Below, piece by piece: positions 48,550 to 59,440 of a stretch of 64,000 nt of DNA (positions are counted from its first letter, which is position 1; each line of letters opens with the position of its first letter). The DNA comes from Octopus sinensis. Taxonomy: Eukaryota. The notes under the pieces were generated by a model. The model was not told the DNA's origin, searched no databases, and was given only the letters and a program-made list of their open reading frames with translations. The DNA lies in NCBI RefSeq assembly GCF_006345805.1, contig NC_043012.1, positions 56,916,001-56,980,000 of the forward strand, given 5' to 3'. Position numbers and translations under genes: made by a program.

Positions 48550-49094
48550 AATTAAAAAAAAAACAGACAGACTACGGAAGCTACACACATAATAGAAGAT
48601 AAACCTAGCCTGAATAGGAAACTGGAATGGAACGCTAGCACACACCACAACGTGCGACAAGAGGATCCCCATAAACTGGTTACAATATAAACAAAACCGA
48701 AAACATAATAAATAAAATACACAGATAAATAAACAAATAGAAATAAATAACTATATAGGTTGTTTTTTTTTAATTTAAAAGATTTTGTTTTTAAATGTTT
48801 TATTATTATTATTATTACTAGTATTGTTATACATACATACAAGCATACGTAATAATAATGATAATAATAAGTGGATGTAAACATGAACAAAATAAAAAAA
48901 ATAAGAATAAACAAAAACATTACATGAATGTATATAAACAGAAAATACAAATATTACAGGCCTCCCCCCCCCCACTAACTAAACATCAACGCACATAGAG
49001 ATATACGCATGCGCAAATGAAGACACATACAATAGAAATACAAAATGGCTGACGGTTAGTAAGGAGAGACACAAATAAGAAAGAAGAAAGCAAA

Positions 49095-49139
49095 GGACCA
49101 CTGATGCGGTCACAGGAGTGTGACGAAAGAACTCTGGCC
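49095..49139 (+). ncRNA. Hammerhead-like variant (A9C)
   Basis: GGACCA-CTGATGC-G-GTCACA(GGAG)TGTGAC-GAAA-G(AA)C-TC/TGGCC: 6-bp stem II, stem I with a 1-nt bulge, core deviates at A9. Confidence 0.4.
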
Positions 49140-49259
49140 GAAATAAGATTAAGATTAATGTAAAAAAATAAATAACACTGAAGCAAAGTAACACTAAATA
49201 TATAGTGCGTGTGTTTTTATTGGCTAAACTGGCAAAATGACCATTCCGAAATGCAACAA

Positions 49260-49510
49260 TATATATATACATATATGTAGGTGCATATATATATATATGC
49301 ATGTAGATAGGTATGTGTATATATATCTATATATATTGATATAGGTATGTAGATGTATATAGATATGTATACGTATATATATATGTACGTATATATATGT
49401 ATTCAGGTACCTTTATGTATATATATTTATATACATATCCATACATATATACATATAAATGTTCAGGTCCAGGTACCTTAACCTGAACATATATATGCAT
49501 ATAGGTATGG

Positions 49511-49550
<40 letters not shown>

Positions 49551-50130
49551 ATGTACATATGTGTACATTATTATTTATATGTGTATACATATGTACGTAT
49601 ATTTGTGTGTATATATATATATATATAATATGTATGAATATATGTATGTATATATATATATATATATGTAAGAATATATGTATGTATGTATATATATATA
49701 TATATATGTAAAGTTAATCCAAACATGAAAGCACAAAAAAACATAACAACGCGAACAAATATAGTATTATTGGATGCTCAGGAAAGAAGGAGGGTTTAAC
49801 GTTTCAAGCGGAGCTCTTCGTCAGAAACATAGGAGAAGGAAAGATCCAGAGAAGGGAAGACGGAGGAATAAAATCGCCAACGGTACACACGCGGTCACAA
49901 TGAATGAAAATGTATTTATATATCTATGAATACTTGTCTAGATATGTATGTATGAAAATTTATATGTATGTATGTGTGTATGAATTCTCTATATATATAT
50001 GTACATACACATTATGTGTATGTGCGAATGCATATATACATATATGTATGTATTTATGTATATATATATATATGTGTATGAATGTATGTATATGTATATA
50101 TACATGTATCTATATATATGTATTTATGTA

Positions 50131-50177
<47 letters not shown>

Positions 50178-50576
50178 CTATATATATGTATTTATGTATG
50201 TGCATATATATATATATATATGTTTGTATATATGTGTATGTATGTATATGTATCTATATACATATGTATGTATAGATGTATATACATACTTATGAATATA
50301 GATATATATGTACATATGCATATACATACATTTATATATATGTGTATGTGCATATATATGTATATATATACAGATATTTATATATGTATGTATATATCAG
50401 TATGTATGTATATGTGTAAATATATATGTCTATGGATATATATATATATGGATGTATATGTGTATGGATGTATGTATATATATACATATATGTATGTATA
50501 TATATATATATATGCATGTATATGTATATATATTATATATATATATATATATGCATGTATATGTATATATATATAT

Positions 50577-50626
<50 letters not shown>

Positions 50627-50850
50627 GCATGTATATGTATACATTATATGTATATATATATTTATGCATATAGATGTGTATGCAAAGTTATATATAAATG
50701 TTATATAGTGTATGTGTAGATATATATGAATTTATATACATGTATGCATGTATATATATAAATGTATATTATATATATATATGCATATACATATGTATAT
50801 GTATGTATGTATGTTTGTATATATACATATACATACATATATATATATAC
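49260..50850. repeat. Long degenerate (TA)/(TG)/(CA) microsatellite tract
   Basis: Almost continuous purine-pyrimidine alternation; source of the many YI/MYV pseudo-ORFs. Similar tracts at 52200-52680 and 56930-57290. Confidence 0.95.
49794..49828 (-). ncRNA. Minimal type I hammerhead ribozyme motif in a Penelope-like fragment
   Basis: Minus: GTTT-CTGACGA-A-GAGC(TCC)GCTT-GAAA-C-GTT/AAAC; AACGTT palindrome. Confidence 0.65.
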
Positions 50851-52201
50851 ATATAATGCCAATCTCATCACCATCTGCTTTTGCTGTGATCAAACCGTTT
50901 TTCTACCATTCCTTTAAATTCATTACCATTTTCAAGCAATAACTGATATCAGTAATAATAACAACAATCATTACTGGTTGATTGAATGTATCATCTTCAG
51001 TGAATGTATTGTGTGTAAGTCACTTTATTGTTTATTGTTTCCTATGATTGATTGCTTTGGGGGAGTAGTTAAAAAAAGGAAAATGCTATTGTGTAGTATA
51101 TTAAGGGTGTTAGAAAGTTGAATTTGTATGTGTGTATGAAAGCGACACAAAGTTAAAAAAATAAAGAAATACCAGGAAATATACTTTTGTTTTCCATTGT
51201 GGAAAACATTGATTTCATTATGCCTATTGTTGATGGACAAAACGAAAACAACATTGCCTGACTATTGTGTTTAATATCATTAGAAAGAAGTACTGGCCTG
51301 GATACACTGAATGCTCTCTCTCTCTTTGTATATATATAGATATGGTTGTTGTTTTTTTTTTGCTGATAATACCGAAGAAGTGTGCCAATAATATTGCGTA
51401 AGTTAGTCAATCGGTTTGCGCAATAGCGACAGTAGGTGAATGGAAACACGTGTATTATATATCAAGCTTAAAAATACTAGTTATGTTTTCAATGTTTCTG
51501 TATATATCACCTTGAATTTGAGTGGAAGGAGGGGAAAAAAACTATTACATGACTGTTGTATCGAGGGAGGGGAGTGGGGAGTCTTTAATGGAGGAATGCG
51601 ATTGTGAATGTGGCAAATATTGCCAAGATGTGTTTGTCTCTAATATTCATGGAAAACATTGAATGCAGTGACTGCAGAACACAAGTGGAAATTACATTGC
51701 TTGAGTGTGGAATATTTTAGTGGGAGATAACAAATGTGTAGAGGGGTAAGTGGTGGGGGAATGCACCTGAAAACACATTGTATTATTTTATTGGGTCAGA
51801 GGCAGCGAGGAGGAAGAATTGTTAACATTGAATTTGCCTTTCCCATCATCCCACTAAATTTGCTGGCCTTGTGCCAGAATTTGAAACCGTTATTTTATTG
51901 AATTAGGTGGGTAGAATAACTGGGGTGGGGTGGGTCATGGAATATGTTAATTAATTAAATCATTGATTGGGACATCATCGTTATTTTTTTTCCTTTTGTG
52001 CTGTTCACTTCAATGTTGATGGCAGATGTTTGATTCAGAATTAGAATTTTTCTTTTTTTTTATTAATAATTATTTGCAATTAAATTGTGAAACAACTTAA
52101 AAAAGACACATCTATTGTTTCTTTTCTTCCTGGTTGTCCTCTGGCAATTGATTGTCATTGAGGTTTTTGTTGTTTGTTGTCTATTATTTTTTCATTTAAA
52201 A

Positions 52202-52264
<63 letters not shown>

Positions 52265-53389
52265 TATATATATCTGTATATATACATATATGTGTATGTA
52301 TATATATCTATATATATATATGTAGTATATATATCTGTTTATATATATGTATGTATATATATATATCTATATATATATATATGTATGTATATCTATATAT
52401 ATATGTATATATATATGTATGTATATATATATCTGTATATATCTATATATATATATATATATATATAAATGTATGTATATATATCTGTGTATATATATAT
52501 ATATGTATGTATATATATCTGTATATATATATATATATTATATACAAACGGACGCTAAATGATGATGATGATGATGATGATATATATATATATATATGTA
52601 TGTATAATATATATATATATATCTATATGTATGTATATATATATATATTATATATATATGTATATATATATAATATCTTGATTGGTTAAATTCAATCTTT
52701 ATTATTAATAATAATAATAATAATAAAAAGGAAGAATGCATTTACATGGCTTGGTTGATCAATTCCAATTTAATCATTATAACATTTTGATTATTAAAAT
52801 TAATCAAACCACAAAAAGCGTTTTGGTTTTTTAAATTGATTATTTTTTTGCTTTTGTTTTGTTTGTATATCTATTTGTTTTTTTTTTTTTTTTATAATTA
52901 AATTTCACACACGGTTGAATAGTTACGATGTTCTCTTGGCAACTACTGGCTCCTTGTTGCACAAATATAACTTTTCTATAGCTTCAGGCTGATTCATACA
53001 TTGTGAGTGAAAAATGGGTGTGGGCAGAAATTGTAGTGAAGGTCGTTGAACGGATTGTACGTATAATCCAAAGGTATGGATGTGTCATACAATTGCACAT
53101 CGATTCTGCCTGAGAATAATGTTATAGAGGCACATGTCTATGGAATACTCAGCCACTCACACATTAATTCAATGAGCATGTAATTCATTTGCTTTGATCA
53201 AATAGCAGATTCCTCATAGTTGTAGGCGTAGGAGTGGCTGTATGGTAAATAGCTTGCTTACAAACCACATGGTTCCAGGTTCAGTCCCACTGCGTAGCAC
53301 CTTGGGCAAGTGTCTTCTACTATAGCCTCGGGCCAACCAAAGCCTTGTGAGTGGATTTGGTAGATGGAAATTGAAAGAAGCCCATCACA

Positions 53390-53436
<47 letters not shown>

Positions 53437-54156
53437 ATATGTTTGTATGTCTGTGTTTGTCCCCGCCAACATCGCTTGACAACCGATGCTGGTGTGTTTA
53501 CATCGCCGTAACTTAGTGGTTCGGCAAAAGAGACTGATGGTATAAGTACTAGGCTTACAAAGAATAAGTCCTGGGGTCGATTTGGTCAACTAAAGGCGGT
53601 GCTCCAGCATGGCCACAGTCAAATGAGTGAAACAGGTAAAAGAGTTGAAACCAACCTACTGATCTCCCCATCTTTCTCTCTCTCCATTTCTCTTTCTCCA
53701 TTGCTCTCACTCTCTCTCATATATAAATATATATATATATTTATATGAGGAGTGGCTGGGTGATAAGAAGCTTGCTCAACAACAACATGGTTCTGGGTTC
53801 AATCCCACTGTGTGGCACCTTGGGTGAGTGACTTCTGCTATAGCCTCGAGGCAACCAAAGCCTTGTGACTGGATTTGGCAGATGGAAACTGAAAGAAGCC
53901 TGTCATATATATATATATGTGTATGTATTTGAAATTATAGAACACTCTTAATATAAAAGGTGATTTGTTTTATTTTGAAAAATAGCCATATAATATGAAC
54001 ACATCAATTTGATTCAAATATCTGTGTGACAGAAAATTTTGGTCATTGCTTCCCCACCCAGAAATATCACTGCAAAAAAGTAAAACAAAAAAAAAAATGA
54101 AGAACAGACACAACAACGTGAGTATTAGCAAATGCTCAGGGAAAGAAGGAAAAGTA

Positions 54157-54191
54157 GTTTTATGTTTCGAGCAAAGCTCTTCGTCAGAAAC
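54157..54191 (-). ncRNA. Hammerhead motif of the same family, probably inactivated (GTA to ATA)
   Basis: Minus: GTTT-CTGACGA-A-GAGC(TTT)GCTC-GAAA-C-ATA/AAAC; flanks homologous to 49740-49900. Confidence 0.55.
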
Positions 54192-55329
54192 AGGAGATGG
54201 AGGAAAGTCCAAGAGGAAACGAAAAAAGGAAAAAAAAAAAAATGCCAACGATCTACATATGGTTACAGTTTGAATATATATATATAATTATTATCATTAT
54301 TATTATTATTATTATTATGGCGGCAAGCTTGCAGAATCCTTAACACACCGAGTGAAATGTTTAGCGGCATTTTGTCCATCTTTACGTTCTGAGTTCAAAT
54401 TCCGCCGAGGTCGACTTTGCTTTTTATCCTTTCAGGGTCAATAAATTAAGTACCAGTCAAGTACTGGAGTCGATGTAATCAACTTACCCCACCCACCACA
54501 AATTTCAGGCTTTGCGCTTATAGTTGAAAGGATTATTATTATGATTTTCATTATTATTATCATCATTATGAAGGCGGTGAACTGTCAGAATAGTTAGCAT
54601 GCTGGATGAAATGTTTAGTGGCATTTCATCTGTCTTCACGTTCCGAGTTCAAATTCTGTTGAAACCGACTTTGCCTTTCATTTTTACGGGGTTGATAAAT
54701 TAAGTAGCAGTGACACTCTGGTTTTGATGAAATCGACTAGTCTTCTCTCCCCACAAATTTCAGCCCCTGTGCCATTAGTAGAAAGGATTATTACAATTAT
54801 TCTTCAGAACAAAACTGAACTCAAATGTGTGCAGCAACATCAATCTCCCTTATTCACGAGATGCCACATATCAGAGGAGGTTTTCAAATAATGAAAGTGT
54901 AGTAAAATTAATGCCAGTGCACCAGCATGGCCAAAGCTCTCGTGCTGAAACAAAATAAAAGAGTATATGGTCATCATGTTTCAAACCCTCATCATTTATC
55001 GACCAAATATCATCACAATTTCAACATCTTCCGATAATATTGTTCACAGCATGAGCGGATATGGTAGATAGACACAAACAGTAAAAATGAGATAAGTGCA
55101 ATAGCAGGAATATACTTCTAGAACAGGATAGTAACTAAAGACAAATCATGAGGAGAACGGGAATATAAATCAATATGTGTGTGTGTGTGTGAATATATAT
55201 ATATATATATATATACATATATATATAAAACATAAGATTTATAAGCAAACCAGAAAGGAACCATGTTAGCATTAATTTGTGGGTTCAATTCTGGTTAGGG
55301 TTAGTTCAGCATTTTTCGGTCATTTGTTT

Positions 55330-55404
55330 GTATTTAGAAATTGCCTCTTCAAATCGGAGAATATATATTATATATATATATATTTTTATATATTTCAGTG
55401 TATG

Positions 55405-55437
<33 letters not shown>

Positions 55438-55462
55438 TATATTATTTTTATATATTTCAGTG

Positions 55463-55510
<48 letters not shown>

Positions 55511-55730
55511 CACTGAAAGAAACTAAAATGCAAGAATGACAGAAAAAAAATAATAAACAATACAGAGATATTCATGTACATGGAACATCTTTATGCAGTA
55601 TGACCCCTATATATATACAGCAGTCTACCAAATTTTGGGGCTGCAGTCAAATGACTGAAACTAGTAAAAGAATGTGTATATATATATATATATATAATAT
55701 ATATATATATATATTTTATATATTTCAGTG

Positions 55731-55772
<42 letters not shown>

Positions 55773-55950
55773 CACTGAAAGAAACTAAAATGCAAGAATG
55801 ACAGAAAAAAAATAATAAACAATACAGAGATATTCATGTACATGGAACATCTTTATGCGGTATGACCCCTATATATATACACCAGGCTTCTTTCAGTTTC
55901 AGTCTACCAAATTTTGGGGCTGCAGTCAAATGACTGAAACTAGTAAAAGA

Positions 55951-55993
<43 letters not shown>
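55330..55993. repeat. Imperfect tandem duplication (about 260-280 bp unit) built around (TA)n
   Basis: tacactgaaagaaactaaaatgcaagaatg at about 55508 and 55770; agtctaccaaattttggggctgcag at about 55622 and 55901. Confidence 0.85.
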
Positions 55994-55997
<4 letters not shown>

Positions 55998-56514
55998 CGT
56001 ATATTTGCCATTTCAATATGGCTACCCCTAAGGGTGGATGCTACTGTAGTTTTTAGCCCCAGGAGGACACACTCCTCCAGCTGGCCATAGACACACTTTC
56101 TGTGTCCTGTCAGTATTTGCAAAGGGAAGTCATCCTTCCCGTCTTCAACTTATGATACACACGGACTCGAGTTTCGAGGTATTGACCTCTCCTCAGCGTG
56201 TGACAATCATAGTTGTCGCCGAGAATTAGATTTCCTTCACAAATACTTATACTTTTTCCAGCGTCCACTGTCGCTGATATTGAAAAAGTGAAATCAAACA
56301 ATGATAAATATCAAAGTGAGTTATATACAGTAGCGGTAACACATCGTGACGTATATTTGCCATTTCAATATGGCTACCCCTAAGGGTGGATGCTACTGTA
56401 GTTTTTAGCCCCAGGAGGACACACTCCTCCAGCTGGCCATAGACACACTTTCTGTGTCCTGTCAGTATTTGCAAAGGGAAGTCATCCTTCCCGTCTTCAA
56501 CTTATGATACACAC
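55994..56514 (-). mobile_element. Retrozyme-like element: 1.5 tandem units of a 352-nt monomer with a hammerhead, inserted in (TA)n
   Basis: 169-bp direct repeats 55994-56162 = 56346-56514 (offset 352), HHR at 56158-56202, no ORF, many hairpins, TA microsatellite on both sides. Confidence 0.85.
56158..56202 (-). ncRNA. Canonical minimal type I hammerhead ribozyme
   Basis: Minus: CACACG-CTGAGGA-GAGGT(CAAT)ACCTC-GAAA-CTCGAG-TC/CGTGTG: all core nucleotides, 6-bp stem I, 5-bp stem II, perfect CTCGAG palindrome, GUC triplet; cleavage between 56164 and 56163. Confidence 0.92.
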
Positions 56515-57058
56515 ATATATATATATATTAAAGAAAGATATTGATGTGGTCCAAAAAGCAAACTAAATTCAGGATATGAGTGCTCCCTCATAACTTTTCT
56601 CATCAGGAAGGGAATGAATCAGCAATTGGTTCATTGGGACCTGTAAATATGGACACTGATGTCCGCAAAAGGGGATATGAAATGTGCTCCTGCATGTATG
56701 TCTATCTATCTATCTATACACATACACACACATACACAGACACACATGCACGCATCTGTGCTGATTTACAAGTAAGCAACAAAGGCAGATTGAATTCAAT
56801 GCACATTGTAATTAATTTATTTTACTGTGTTCTTTCTATCTCTGGACCTGCCTACATACCAATCTACTAACCTATCTATCTATCTATCTATCTATCTATG
56901 ATATACACACACACACATATATATATATAATACTCTCTCATACTCATATATTTCACTCACACACACATTTATATATATATATACATATATATATACACAC
57001 ATATATATATACACATACACATATATACATATACATATACAATACTATGTATATATAT

Positions 57059-57118
<60 letters not shown>

Positions 57119-57803
57119 CATATACATATATAATATACATATACATATATATATACCTATACATATATAATATACCTATACATATATAATATACCTATAC
57201 ATATATATATATATATATATACATATATATATACATATATTTATATATATATACACACACACACACATATATATATATAGCACATATACAAATGTGTTGT
57301 ATATCTATAATAAGCAATCTAAGCATGTTAATCATTATTCAACCGAAGCTTAGTCCTTTAATTCGTTTCCCTCTGCAGGGTCAATATCCCTTTCATTTTG
57401 AACTGCCTGAAATAACTCTCCTCCTCCTTCCTCCTCCTCCACCTCCCCCTTCTCCACCACACACACACACACATAGACACACACGCAAACATCTTTAGAA
57501 TCCCCTAAACAATGAAAATTGCATGCATATTCTGTTTGCCTGTTCATCTTTTCTAAGTCGTGACTTTGTGTCTAGAAAACCTGGCCAGGTCGAAGCGACG
57601 ATTTTGTCCTTGAGGCATTTTAATGGAAAGCAGGATTGTAGAAATGGAATTATAGAAAATGTAATTGACAAAACACAGGAAGGAGTCGCTTGCAATGTCA
57701 GTACAGAAATAATATCTCGAATTGCATTATTACAAAAGCAGACAGCATGTTGTGTGTTGTGTTATGCATGTATATATCATTGTGTATGTGTGTGTGTGAG
57801 AGA

Positions 57804-57861
<58 letters not shown>

Positions 57862-58386
57862 AAGGGAGGGAACTGCATAGGAAAAAAAAATATAATTTTA
57901 TAATTAAAGACAGAAGATAGACACGCAAGCATGCATAAATTGGTTTGTCTTTATTAACAAGAAAATTTAGTTGAAATCCTGCGTTGGAAATATGGCATCG
58001 GTATTGAAGTAATGTCGCCGTTGGCGTTTCTTCTGTTGTCGAAGAAGATGCTTTCAAGATTTCTGAAAACCTTCGAGTCATTTGCTAGTGAGGAAAAGCT
58101 TGATTACAGCGGCGTAAAAGTTGCAAGCTCAATCCCCACAAGGGTCAACAAGATAGGTTTGGGTTTTCAACATTGTATATCGGGTCCGGTGTTTCAAGCA
58201 TCAAAGGAATGGTCAATGAATTTCTGATGAGTCCATTCTAACGCTAAATCACACCACAGAGAAAAAAAAATATTCCAAAAACACAAAAAACAAAAAACAA
58301 TCCAGAGTGGCTGTGTGGTAAGGCCGACCAATGCCTTGTGAGTGGATTTGGTAGATGGAAACTGAAAGAAGCCTGTCGTATATATG

Positions 58387-58421
<35 letters not shown>

Positions 58422-59126
58422 GTGTTTGTGTGTCTGTGTTTGTCCCCCTAGCATTGCTTGACAATCGATGCTGGTGTGTTTACGTCCCCGTCAGTTAGTG
58501 GTTCGGCAAAAAGAGACCGATAGAATAAGTACTGGGCTTACAAAGAATAAGTCCCGGGGTCGATTTGCCCGACTAAAGGCGGTGTTCCAGCATGGCCTCA
58601 GTCAAACGACTGAAACAAGTAAAACAATAAAAGAACAAAAATAAAGCAACAACAAAACAAATAATAAATAAAAATGGTTTCAAATTTTGTCCCACGGCCA
58701 GCGGTTTTTAAGAGTGAAGTCAAATACATCGATTCCAGTAATTAACTGGTACTTACTTAATGCCCCCCCCCTCCCGGAAAAGATAAAAGGCAAATTTTCA
58801 GGCACGGAGCCTGAAAAAATTTGGGTGTGTGTGTTAGTGGATGTAATCCACTACAGCTCTCGACTAATCCTTATTTTGTCAAGCTCGAAAGGAAGAAAGG
58901 CAAAGTCGGCCTTGGCGGAACTTGAACAGAGAATGTGAAGTCAAATGAAATATCGTGAAGCATATTGTCCAGTGTGCTAACGATTATGCCAGTTCTATGT
59001 CTTCGTAATAATAATAATAACAATAATAATAATAATAATAATAATAATCCTTTCTACTAAAGACACAAGGCCTGAAATTTTGGAGGAGGGAACTAGTCAG
59101 ATACATCAACACCAATGCTTCACTGG

Positions 59127-59362
59127 TGTTATATAATCATCACAACAAACATGAACAATCAACGTCGCCCATTGTCTCCCTTGATAAAAGGACTTTCACT
59201 TTGTTTCCCGCCAAAACAATTAACTTGTACAACAACGGCAGTCGAATAAATTATCTTGTATCGTTAACACGTTGTTTCAGTCTCTCTCATTTTCTTAATC
59301 TTTCATACTAAGTACTCACTACTTCCTTTAATACTCAATACTATATATATATAACAACAACA
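59127..59362 (+). repeat. 5' LTR
   Basis: TGTTAT...ACAACA; differs from the 3' LTR only at 59251 (T) vs 63555 (G). Confidence 0.97.
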
Positions 59363-59373
59363 TGGTGTCAGAA
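59363..59373 (+). promoter_or_regulatory. Primer-binding site TGGTGTCAGAA (complementary to the tRNA-Leu(CAA) 3' end)
   Basis: Directly follows the 5' LTR; TGG start; complement of ...TTCTGACACCA as recalled for metazoan tRNA-Leu(CAA). Confidence 0.8.
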
Positions 59374-59440
59374 TACTAAAAGAACCCAAAATACAGAAAC
59401 CAAAGAAAAAAAGAAGTTGAAATCATACTTCAAAGACGAA

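Noticed and set aside
49261-52741. Dozens of YI/MYV/CVC-rich ORFs in the ORF track (also near 8836, 44074, 48552, 55277, 57523)
   Set aside because: Translations of TA/TG/CA/GA microsatellites; no coding signal.
58224-58245. CTGATGAG motif
   Set aside because: No downstream GAAA or stem II.
59126-59311. Duplicated 61-70 aa ORFs (also 63403-63615)
   Set aside because: Incidental translations of the two LTRs.
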